Shown here: in pieces, positions 48,418-59,083 of the stretch
Layout of the letters: every line of letters starts with the position of its first letter
How positions within the stretch are numbered: the first letter of the stretch is position 1
Source: Epithemia pelagica
Taxonomy: Eukaryota > Protista > Bacillariophyta
DNA length: 64,000 nt
Direction of reading: 5' to 3'
Assembly (NCBI GenBank): GCA_946965045.2
Contig: OX337229.1
Span: 4,774,001 to 4,838,000 of the forward strand
Notes under the pieces: generated by a model
Seen by the model: the letters and a program-made list of their open reading frames with translations, nothing else
Told to the model about the DNA's origin: nothing
Databases searched by the model: none
Made by a program: the position numbers and the translations under genes

Positions 48418-49851
48418 TTTCTGGTAGGTTAGCTACGTACAGACCAGATTCGAAAATGGAATCATACTAACTGCAACAGACCTACTAGCTAGAGCAATGC
48501 AATAGAAGTAGATACAAAAGGTTACTGGCAATAGAGTAACTTGCCGTAGATGATACGGACTGTTGCTACATTTTGTAGAACAGAAAAGGGAAAGGATGAA
48601 AAAGCAGAGCACATTCCATGTAGGTCGATTTGGGGATGCCCCAGGAAAGAGGCAAGTCCGGCAGGATCCCTTGCCAGCACCACCCATGCCACCAGTGGAT
48701 CAACAACCAACCATGGAGATGTATGGGGTATGGGGTAAGTGTCGAATGATACAACAGTGCAGTCCAATTTAGAACTGTTCTACGGTTAGCCGGACTCCTT
48801 GCTTCCCTGTAGGGTTTAAACTAGCCAGGTTGATTGATGAGGATTCATCTACTGGCAACCGATGGAAATAGCAATACATGAACAAGGCAGACACTATAGC
48901 TATACATTACACTGGGAGTAGGCAGAGAAGGTTGATACCTCTCATACATTAGCTACCAGAAACACTCTTGTTTCTCGTCGGGTGCAAGGATCTCCCATTA
49001 CTCAAAGTATATGGATTGCCACCACGGAATGGAAAAGTGGGAGGTAAAAATGATGGATTTGGTCCCAGTGGTTTTGAGTCAAAGATAATTGACCATGCAA
49101 AAGAAAACAAACACATGAGTCATCCCACGATTCCACCATTGTATCGGAAGGTGAGCAGTAGCTATTGTAGACATTCTGGCTCGAAAGTACAGAAACCAGA
49201 GGCTGCGATGAACAGGAGACCTTTCACTGTATCCACAACCTTTGCTATGTTGGTTTTATTGTATAGCCATGATCGGAATACTGGTCCTTGAGCCAAATCG
49301 AACCAAGCCCAAGCCAATGGAATACTTTGTTTCACTCAAAAACTTGATATCTCCTTTGTGACGACGGGTAGTTTTCGCAACTAAGCCATAGTCTTCCTAT
49401 ATCGGAAATCGGAAGTCCTCTAAGATTCCAAATTCCATGCCCTACATACGTAGTTGGTACATTTCTCTACATACGTAAATGTACGTAGACTAGTACTGGA
49501 TGGTCGCTGTGGCCATCAAAAAGCAGTTAGTCGGTCGCGCGGGATCGTACCTGTTTTACCTCCTACCACGTTACTTTTTTTGCGTTGGCTATATGCCTGT
49601 CCGCGACATCTTCGACTGATCTCGCCAAGCTGATTGTTGGCTGTACGAGGAACGTGTTGTAAGTCCATCAACAATCTTTTCAATAGCTCTTGGACTGCCT
49701 TAAAATCAGTGCAGGGAACGAGCTCGGATCCTTGTCATCATCGAAAATTACATCGGACTTGTCGCTCACAGCTTTCTTTGCGACCTTGCGGTTTGCCTCC
49801 TTTTTGTTATTGTTGACCCATTTCAAATATCTCAACTCCACGAGGTAGAAA

Positions 49852-50364
49852 ATGACGCTAAAGAACGCTGCCCGTATTCCTAAGGTTTACTCAGAATGTG
49901 ACCAAACGGAGAAGGCGTACCAAAAGCAGGACGCCATTTTTGTGGCACGGAAACGCGCCATTGGTAGCCAGAAAGATAAGCCGATGCGCTTTGTGAAGAG
50001 CATCGGTCTCGGTATCAAAACACCATCTACGGCTATCGAAGGAAACTATGTTGACAAGAAATGCCCCTTTACTGGCAATGTGTCAATCCGTGGCTCCATC
50101 TTGAAGGGCATTGTCATCTCCACAAAGATGAAGCGTACAATTGTTGTGCGACGAGACTATTTGCACTACATTTCCAAATACCGTCGATTTGAGAAACGTC
50201 ACACGAATACAGCCGTACACTGTTCCCCTGCCTTTCCGGTCAAGGAGGGAGATATTGTGACTATTGGTCAATGTCGCCCCCTGTCCAAGACCGTGCGATT
50301 CAACGTTGTTGCTCATGAACCACAACGTGTAATTCATGGAAAGAAGTCATTCCGTGTTTTCTAA
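49852..50364 (+). CDS. RPS11: 40S ribosomal protein S11 (uS17)
   Basis: Motifs [63 protein letters not shown] and [14 protein letters not shown]. Confidence 0.97.
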   Translation: MTLKNAARIPKVYSECDQTEKAYQKQDAIFVARKRAIGSQKDKPMRFVKSIGLGIKTPSTAIEGNYVDKKCPFTGNVSIRGSILKGIVISTKMKRTIVVRRDYLHYISKYRRFEKRHTNTAVHCSPAFPVKEGDIVTIGQCRPLSKTVRFNVVAHEPQRVIHGKKSFRVF

Positions 50365-50760
50365 AATAGAGATGCAGAAACAGATGAGCATTATTTAATC
50401 TCAAAATACTAAATAGCATTATTTGTCCCTGCCCTTGTAGCGACCACACCGTACGGATACAGTTACAGGTAAACCTTGGATTTGTTATCGGTTGTAGGTT
50501 TGTATCAAGAAAACGAAAGCTTCTACTACTACTGGCGAGTGAAACAGGCGTAGGAGTATTATTAGTTGAGTTATGATCGTTATGATTTAAGTTCTTGCTT
50601 CTCCATAGTACAGCATTCAACTTTGTGCTGGAGATATGTTCAGATGGTTACTGGTTACCCAGCTCAACGAGATTGAATTGAACCCCTTTATTTTGTCGCG
50701 GGTTGATTAAACAAATTCCCCTGTATCGTCGGTCTTTTAGTCGTATTCATGCAGTGCCTC

Positions 50761-51893
50761 TTAGGACGTGGCGGATGCCATCAAATAGTCCGTTACTGCT
50801 TTAGAGGGTCCCTGTCCCCGACTCATGTGGAACTTACTGACCAAGTAAACCCCCATGCTTTTGACTTGAACGTATGTCCTGAAACAGAAGGAAGATAGAA
50901 CTGTTAGTCGGCAAACTTTACCAGAATCACCCATTCCACGCGCTGCACTACCTACCTTCCTGGAATAATTTTATGAATCGATTTCCAGTTTCCAGCGCCC
51001 CATCGCTCCAAACCCTGTAGGAAGAGCTTTCGCTCTGCTGTAGTCCAGCGCATTCCACGTTTCGGGTTCGAGATTTTGGCTCGTTTCGCTTTGGATTCCT
51101 CCACAAGTTTGATCGGAGGCTCCACAGACGGCAATCGCCGCGCAACTGCCGAAGGAGTTTCATGGTATGTGACACGGCGGAGATTCGTGCGACTGCTGTT
51201 CCAGTTGTCTTCCATAGTCGTTCCAATGGTTCCAATATTGTCGGGAAAGTCAACTTCATCTTCTAAAAAGTCAAGCTGCAACAAGTCTCCTTCTCCCAAA
51301 TCATCCAGCTTTTGATGGGAAAGGATATCCCGAGGCCGTCTAAGGGGAGTAATGAGCATCAAAAGATCACTTTTCCTTGCTGATATCACTCCTGTACGCC
51401 TGTTACGAGGCAAAAGTCGAGCTCCCCATAGCTCCAACAGTTTTTCCATAAACCGAACCAAATCGCTGTTGTCTCTCAGGGGTTGGAAACGTTTCCGAAG
51501 ATGCTGTCTCATCTTGCGTCTAGTCTCGGGTTCTGTTTGTGGGAGATCCGGGAGAAGTGGATAGTTGAGAACGTCTGGGGTTCCTTGCGTCAAAACCTCT
51601 TCTAAAAGGCAGATAACATATGGTTGCAAACGAGAGCTCTTTCCAGGAACTATCCGATAGATCGATTTATGATTCTTCGGACGAATAGAAGACTTCTCAC
51701 GTTGTCTCTTCTTGGTACTGGGCGTACTAGCAAGTGGTGTTGAAGACGAGGAAGTGAGAGGAGTGTGCATCACAGGGGCCCTCAAGGACTTCAGGAAAGA
51801 GGGAGTTTCATCGGGCGACAACAAAGTGGCACCGATCTTCAATGATCCAGGAGGGGAAAGAATCCCGTTGAAGAATGGGCTTGCTTCCGTCAT
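50761..51893 (-). CDS. Single-repeat Myb/SANT (SHAQKYF-like) transcription factor, at least 2 exons
   Basis: WTTAERKLFLQGLERWGAGNWKSIHKIIPGR is joined across an intron starting at 50955 to TYVQVKSMG. The 3' end is tentative. Confidence 0.7.
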
Positions 51894-52357
51894 TGTTCAA
51901 CGAGTGATATCATCAACCAGTGAAGGCACGAAGTTGTTTTGTTGGGGTTCTGTGGCTGTCGATGAGAAGATTGGTTGTGGTTTCTCACAGCTTCGATCCC
52001 ATCACTCTATGAAGAAATGAGGCCGATCAAGACTGAAGACACGCACAACTTTGGAGAAGTGTCACAGTCACAAAAATGTGTAGGGGGCTCGCTTATCGCG
52101 CGTGGATGCGTGAGCGCGAAACTCGGTTCCTAATTATTTGTTCTTGCTTGATCGCGGATAATACTCAGATGCAGTGTCACACCGCAGTCACATAAGGTGT
52201 ACACGTCAGCCGATACCTCGTCACTCATAAATTGCAGTTCATCAAAATTTCCCGGGGGCAAAAAAGAATTTTTCTTTTGAAAATCTCGCTGTCCCCTCCC
52301 TTTAGAATTGTGGTGCTTTCCATCAAATAAAGGTTCTCTTGACAACTTCTCGACGCA

Positions 52358-55300
52358 ATGGGGAAATCATCTAGAACAGTGGAGTCCATAGAAACAGGGG
52401 GGACAGCCTCCAGAAACCAAAGCCTCTACACAGTCGGATCCTCAACAAATGAGGGCAATAGCTACGACGACAGTCCGACAGATTCGAAATTCGTTTCCAC
52501 CTCCATTCGAAGCGACTTTTATTCAGCTCGTGGCGATGAATGTTTATCGGCAGACTCGACTGGTGAGACTTCCAGCAAAGAATCGGAAGCCTCGCTCTCA
52601 GAAACACATGGTGACTCGGTTGATTCTGATGGAACAATGATAGATTCTCGCCCCATCAACGCTTCTGCTACAGAATCCGTCTTTCGACGACGCTCTCCAG
52701 CGAATCATAAAGGTGAGCGAGGCAGCGGTGGATGGTGGACTAGGTCTCCCAGGAATGTGCTTCCAATGGGACATCGATTCCATCGCTTTGGTGACGAAGA
52801 GAAAAGACCCAGTGGTATTCTTCATGACATTCCATCAGAGGATGACGCATCTGTACTTGCAACGATAGAACATCGCAACGAAGTTGACGACAAACAAGAA
52901 GTGCCGAACGAAAAAGCAAACTTTCTTCATCAACTTTGTTGTTCGGCATCTGGTCCAGAAGAGCTCTGGAGGAACATATCGCTTGTCACGCCATCAAACT
53001 CGAGAGTTAAAGACATACAGGGACGACATCCTCTGCATTGCATATCATACAATTCGGTTTTGATGGACAATGTGATCTATGGAGAACACGGACTATTCGA
53101 AACAGGCGAGAGCATGAACATTCATCGATCTATGACAATCGATCCATTCCGCGTTTTGAATTCATCGACAGATCGGTTAAGAGATTATGTTACGCAGGGT
53201 CTCTTGCGCTCCTACCCATCATCGATGACATCTAAAGACAAAATTGGACGCATTCCATTTGAAGGATCTTTGATCGAATGGATCGAGCATATGCCACTTC
53301 TGTCAAAAGGCTTGATCCAGGGTGAACCGTCCTTGGCGAGTGAGCGATTTGCTTCACTATGGACTAAGTCCATCAAGCGAGCGGGAAGGCGCTTGAATAG
53401 TGGGCGATCAATGCAACAAAACCATATCAAGCAACATCCTCTTTCAATGCGTTCTGATAGTAAAAGTGTGCTACGTATGGCGTCAGAAAGTACGAATCTT
53501 AGTCACAAAATGAATGACTGCAAGTTTCGGTTGACAGCGGCATCCTTCCTGTCTTTTCAATTGCTGTCTGATATCTTAGACTACCTGGAAGACAACTGTG
53601 GAATAGATTCCGCTTCAAAACGACAATCGACTCATCAGTTCTCTCCGACACAGGTCTGTGCTCAAGTATCGGCTGAAATTGTTCGGACGATAGCTTCCAT
53701 TCCTAAGCTCGTCTGCGCGGTGTTGCTCATTGATCATACTGACCAACGGCAGTTCGCGATATCGACAAAAATTATTAAGCACGTTCTGGCCTCACAGCAC
53801 TCTGTTGGTCCATGGGTCACAGAGATGCTGCAATCCAGAGACAAGAGAACAGTAGACCGTGGGATCGAATATCTTCAATTGGTGTCTGATACCGTTTACG
53901 AACACGAGGATTTTGCGGGCTCACGCTGCAATGAGCACATGGCTCCACGTGAAGATGTGGCAGAGGCGATAAGCAAACTGGAAGGTTTTGTGCCTTCTCT
54001 TCTTTCCCTCAGCGAACGGCATGTTGAAGAAGCGGCGACAACAAAAGTTGTTCAACGCGTCCTTGACAAAATAATGTCGCGAAGATTCTGTATTACAATA
54101 GTTTTCTGTGATGCGCTTTTCTTGGCCACTCAGATAACAGGGTTTCGGTTGGCCGTAAACAGTCTTGTCGTTGGAGCACAGCCAAGTGTTGTTCTTTTGT
54201 ATATTTACATTACCAACATTGGACTGTTCTATTTTCTTATTCGAGAGATGGGCAAAGGTAAGTTGGAATCGCGAGAAACGAAACACATCTATCCAAAGAT
54301 CTCAATACTCATGCTTCGATCACAGCGGCCAGTCTCCTTTCCATCACTAAGAAGGCTCGGGTTTACATCGTGAGTTTCTGGAATGTAACGGACCTATTGT
54401 CAACCATTTTGACAGTAGCAAGTGTTATCAGCATTCGTCGAGGTTTAAACCGTGATGAAGAGACGACGGACTTATCGGGTATACGCAACCTTCTGGCTGT
54501 TACAACTGGGTTTATGTGGTTGCGCTGTCTGAGCTTCTTGAAGGGCATCAATATGCAACTGGCCACATTCATTTTGGCCATTCTTCAGATTGCAAAGGAT
54601 GTTCTTTGGTTTTGCTTTATTGTGTTGATACTTGTCATTGCCTTTTCTCAGATGTTCTTCACTGTCCTAGCTCCCGATTCGTGCTCGTACTCTGATAGCA
54701 CCAATACCACAAATGAAGAAGACTCGACGAGGGTCTGTGAGCAGTCCGAGTACTTTTTGAGAACGTACTTGCTTCTTATTTTCCAAGAATTTGAAAGAGA
54801 CTACTTCACAACTTCATTTTCTGTGTTGCTGGTGGTGGTGTATTCCTTCGTGGTCGTTCTTGTCATGTTAAATGTTCTTATAGCCGTCGCCTCCGACAGC
54901 TACGAGAAGTGTTTGGTTCGGAGCAATAGTTTGTTTGGACGAGCGAGGGTTATGATGATTGCTGAGCTGGTTTGTTTTCAGCACTTACTCCATCGCATGC
55001 CTATTGACGGAGATGGACAGCAAGGCTCCGCTCAGTTATACAGAGCCTGGTGGAACGCAAACTGGAGAGTGAGCAGATGGAGTCGTGCTTCCATTTTGTT
55101 TTTCGGACTTTCCTTGCTGGTCTTGGTAGCTTGGGTCGCTGCCGAGCTGATAGTGGTTCTCACCGGACCACGATATGGTGTCCTTCCCATGAGTTTGGTT
55201 TCCATCGCAACAACGATTGTGATCTTCTTTGGCATATTCTTTTTCCTTTCTTCCGAGGCCCACAAGCAACACCAGATCAGAAGTTCCTCTGGAGATGAGG

Positions 55301-55653
55301 AGCAAGGGATTCAACACAGTATGAAGGCTTTCGGTCAAAGAGGATGGTTCCAGAGTGCAATGCTCCATGTCTTGCTGGGTAATTCTGGAGACGGGGCCTC
55401 CACGAGTGCCATGGCAGACTGGAGGGGCAGGATAGTGTATTTACAGAACGAAATGAATCGTTTGTCTGAAGAGACACAGTTGCATATGAACGAGAAGGCA
55501 AGAACATTGGAATTGGCCTTGCAACAAGAAATGAGCGATGTCCGAACAGAAGTCTCCGACATACGAGACGCAATGAGCATGAATCACAAGATGATGCAAG
55601 ACACCTTGATCCAAATCAATCGTTCCCTGCAGCAGTTCGGGCCAAAGGCTTAG
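52358..55653 (+). CDS. TRP/polycystin-like ion-transport channel, 2 exons
   Basis: Intron 54258-54325. Six-TM pattern with SFWNVTDL, WLRCLSFLKGINMQLATFILAILQIAKD, a pore region, the S6 motif LVMLNVLIAVASDSYEK and a C-terminal coiled coil. Confidence 0.8.
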
Positions 55654-55913
55654 ATGAAGGCACCAATGAAGTTCTAATGAATCATCTGACAAAATAACTG
55701 AACTAGTGATGTACAAGTAAAAGGATTTTCTGTACTGATGATTTCTCTAGAGAAGAGAGCTCGAGCGTACGACCCTGGACGCGAGCACCACCTTCTTTGT
55801 TTCTAGTTCGCCATCGTGCCAGGCAAAAGCGTTCTTTAGTGACGGATTGGGATTGAAGGTTGTGTACACTGTTTCGATCGTTTCCCCTGGCCAGCAAGCA
55901 GAAGCGTTTACTG

Positions 55914-56792
55914 TTATTTGTTCGTTTTCTGTTCGTCCTTATTCCCCCTGCGGACACCGCTTCCTTCATCTGATGCTGGTTTCGAACCACTACTCCGGTC
56001 CTTGCGGCTGACCGAGATGGCACCCCCGACGACGACGGCACGTTCTATTATGGTTGGTTGAATCGCTTCTTGTACGAGGAAACGAGCACAATCCATTTTG
56101 GCCAGATGACTCGTTGGATGATCATGATGTTTACGTTGTTGGACACACCACTCCCCCGTTGGTTTATCTGTTTCATTCAGCAAGACGGCTCGTACCACGA
56201 GACTTCGTATGTTTCTGGTGGGGTTCGTTAAGGAGTTGCTACTTTCTCGAAGGAAGTTGGTGAGGAGCATCTCGGCTGCTGATAGGTCTTGGTATTGCAT
56301 CCAACCAATGGTTCGAAAGTGACCTTGCAACCGTTTACCTTCATCGAGGGACCACTCGAGGGGTGGCCAGTCTTCTGATATGCCCACAGACGATAGCATC
56401 AAAATATGCTGGATGGGTAAAGAAGTCATGCTCTTCAATATGTTGGCCGTTCCCAGCTTGGCCGCAAAATCAGAGTTAAATGGGTTTCGATTGCCTAAAC
56501 AAGAAATGATTACATCGACTCCAGCCAAATGTGGTGTTAGGGAGTCCTTGCAGACATCAATTTTCCGAAGAACGAGGCGTTGTCGTTGTATATGCATAGG
56601 AATATCATCATCGGGACAGAGCAGTCCATGTTTGTTGGGGCATCCACAGGACCAGTTGGCCTCATTCAACTTTTCAATGTTTTTGGAAAAGACTCGAATC
56701 TCTCCGAGCACCTCTACAGGCATTGCCAGAGCTGCCTCCACTACATGTCTTCCAACGTCTCCCAAGTCGCCCGTGCTAAAAAAGATGGCCAT
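55914..56792 (-). CDS. Atypical SDR / NAD(P)H-binding protein (flavin reductase-like)
   Basis: N-terminal Rossmann motif STGDLGDVGRHVV, then AGVDVIISCLG, LSSVGI..., YQDLSAAE and LVVRAVLL...D.ARFLV. Confidence 0.75.
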   Translation of the reverse strand: MAIFFSTGDLGDVGRHVVEAALAMPVEVLGEIRVFSKNIEKLNEANWSCGCPNKHGLLCPDDDIPMHIQRQRLVLRKIDVCKDSLTPHLAGVDVIISCLGNRNPFNSDFAAKLGTANILKSMTSLPIQHILMLSSVGISEDWPPLEWSLDEGKRLQGHFRTIGWMQYQDLSAAEMLLTNFLRESSNSLTNPTRNIRSLVVRAVLLNETDKPTGEWCVQQRKHHDHPTSHLAKMDCARFLVQEAIQPTIIERAVVVGGAISVSRKDRSSGSKPASDEGSGVRRGNKDEQKTNK

Positions 56793-57170
56793 GATTATGC
56801 TATTGGGATCCCTATCGAAGCCATGACCTCCACTACCAAATTCACGATGGCCTACAACTGTGCCTTCATCATGATGGTGATGATAAGTCATGATGGCATG
56901 TTATGACGGTTCCTAAACACTCTGCGACTGGGTTGGTTGTTTTTGAGATTGTGTTCTCGATTCCCTTTGCGAGGTTCTCGTTATTTGTTATGAGTAATTG
57001 GCGCCTTTCGTTGTTTGTTGTTTGTAGACGAAGTTTGCTGCAACTTCCGGTAAATACACGTCAGTCGCATATTCTGTACCAATACCCAACGGACGAAACC
57101 AAAAAGTAGGATCGATATTATTACAAAGCACGTATTATGATTCCATAGAATATGGTTGGAACAAACGGGA

Positions 57171-57255
57171 ATGTCGCTTGGTATGTCGTTTGGTATGTCG
57201 TTTGATGTCGTTTGATGTCGTTTGGTATGTCGTTTGATGTCGTTTGATGTCGTTT
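57171..57255 (+). repeat. Tandem array of 8 ATGTCG-core units (10-12 bp period; GATGTCGTTT / GTATGTCGTTTG)
   Basis: Cores read directly at about 57171, 57183, 57195, 57205, 57215, 57227, 57237 and 57247. Confidence 0.92.
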
Positions 57256-57410
57256 CGGGCTCGCGCGGAAACATGGTTTGATTCAAAATCCAGCGGTGCT
57301 CTTTCAGTAGATGGGCCTACTGTCTACTGTCAATCATTGACTTGTGACCGTGTGATTTCTCTTGATGGCCTGCAACTGCTGGAGAGTAAAGAATTTTTTT
57401 GGCGATAAAA

Positions 57411-57502
57411 ACATCCGACATCCTCCGACATCATCCGACATCCTCCGACATCATCCGACATCCTCCGACATCATCCGACATCTCCCAAATCCTCCGACAT
57501 CC
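57411..57502 (-). repeat. Tandem array of 8 CGACAT-core decamers (alternating TCCTCCGACA/TCATCCGACA), inverted relative to the first array
   Basis: CGACAT occurs at 57416, 57426, 57436, 57446, 57456, 57466, 57476 and 57495, and is the reverse complement of ATGTCG. Confidence 0.92.
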
Positions 57503-58358
57503 GTGACTCCGTGTGCTTACCTCATATTTAAGGAATCTTAGTCTAGTATGATCATATCAGAGGTACTACTGTATGATAATGAAGAAGTTATATCGTGAGG
57601 ATACTCTGAGTAGTAGAAAGATTACCCACGTTTTGAGTCCATTACCGGAAGTTGCTGGAGTAACACGTTCGTTCATGATGATGTGCGGTATTGGACTGGT
57701 TCGGTAGTTTGTAGTTTGGGCTTTGCTGTCATCCGATTCGTCGAAATCAAAGCAACGAGAATCCTTTGCGAATGTTCAAGCAATCAGAAACTGCATTGAA
57801 CGTGATCATTTATGCCAAGTCATTTCTCTTAAATCTTAGACTCGAATCGGATAGATGGTGGATGTCCTTGCATTAAACGCAACTTTTGTAGGAGAACAGC
57901 CAGTCATAACAGAGCACGGGGCACTTATGCGGGACACAAGTGTGTAAAAATTCCAAATTCTAGAGGTGGCCCCTCGGTAAGCGGACGCGCAGCTCCAGCG
58001 CTGGAGAAACTCCAGCAGAGATTTTCTGTTGCTGGAAAGGTAAGCACGTAAGCGCTACATTGGCTGCGACTGCAACTTCCGGTAACTTCACGTGAGTCGC
58101 ATATTCTATCCCAATACCCAACGGACGAAACCAAAACGAAGGATCGATATTAAAGCAAAGTACGAACTATGATACCATAGAATATGATTTGCCATTCTCT
58201 AGTACGGAACAACCTTTGATTGCCCACCCGAAGGGTGGGTCACTGGCGATCACCGAAACCGCGACCTATGAGACACCGATGTATTTTCAAAACCCCCCCA
58301 CTTTTTCAGAATTTTTCCACTATAGGTATATTTGTACTAATGTATGTGTCAGTGACGC

Positions 58359-58823
58359 TTATTCTTTTTCCAGTTGGGCGAGACGTTCTTCCAACCAATC
58401 CATCCTCACACTCATCTTTTTCAGAGCAGTCGCCAATTCCTCTACTTCACCACTCGGAAGTTCGCTGTCCTTGGTCTCCTTGGTCTTGTTTGTAGTTTTC
58501 GTCGTACGCGTCCATTCCGAGCTCGGCACTCTTTCCGACGGGTCCCTAACAAACTGATTCCGATAGCCCGCAATCCGACACACTCCATTCCGTTCGGCCC
58601 ACAACTGATACTGTAGGTCGTTTTTGAGATGTTCAGGAGCGTCTTGTTCGTCGTAATGCTTGAGGTTCTTAGGTAGGAATGAACCATGCGCGTTCTTCGG
58701 GAACGTGACTGTAACTCTTGGCCAGGTCCTCTGTGGGTCTTGTACCTTAGTGACATACCCACACAGTCCTTTTCTAATCCCCGTGAGTGGTACGACGAGA
58801 TCTCCTAATGCGAATTGCACCAT
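58359..58823 (-). CDS. Element-borne orphan protein: KOW/SH3-like N-terminus plus C-terminal coiled coil
   Basis: Intact 154-aa ORF starting at ATG. FALGDLVVPLTGIRKGLCGYVTKV fits the KOW pattern (GDxVxVxxGxxKGxxGxV). EVEELATALKKMSVRMDWLEERLAQLEKE shows heptad periodicity. Confidence 0.6.
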   Translation of the reverse strand: MVQFALGDLVVPLTGIRKGLCGYVTKVQDPQRTWPRVTVTFPKNAHGSFLPKNLKHYDEQDAPEHLKNDLQYQLWAERNGVCRIAGYRNQFVRDPSERVPSSEWTRTTKTTNKTKETKDSELPSGEVEELATALKKMSVRMDWLEERLAQLEKE

Positions 58824-59083
58824 TGTTTCGTTGCGTTGCGTTTTGTTTGTTTGTTGTGTGTCCGATTGCCTCTTTTCCTTCTACTCCCTACACCTACTTC
58901 CTATTCATACATATAGATACATAGGATACAACAACGCCAGTAGTGCCGCGCCATGAATTCAAATCAGTGCAAACCGTTTTGAAACATGGCGCGACTTGCC
59001 GACTTTTTTGCTTTTGTTATAGTCGTTCTCAGTTTTTTTGTTGGATTGTTGTGTTGTTGTAGTTGTTATTCCTACTTTAAGCA

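Larger units (their letters stand above)
57035..57657. mobile_element. Element A: ~615-bp non-autonomous relative of the tyrosine-recombinase element B, with both termini intact
   Basis: Perfect 13-bp TIRs CAACTTCCGGTAA (57041-57053) and TTACCGGAAGTTG (57642-57654). TTGCTG is directly repeated at 57035-57040 and 57652-57657. Segment 57041-57154 matches 58073-58186 (about 14 mismatches in 114 bp by hand count) and 57159-57424 matches 62769-63024. Confidence 0.8.

Noticed and set aside
50-56900. Numerous 60-200 aa ORFs antisense or out of frame to the called genes
   Set aside because: These are shadow ORFs of long coding sequences, with L/S/V/F-rich or R-rich composition typical of alternative frames.
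57171-57502. Decamer arrays as a CRISPR array or telomeric repeat
   Set aside because: The units are contiguous with no unique spacers, there are no cas genes, the context is eukaryotic, and the unit is not a TTAGGG-type repeat and lies inside an element.
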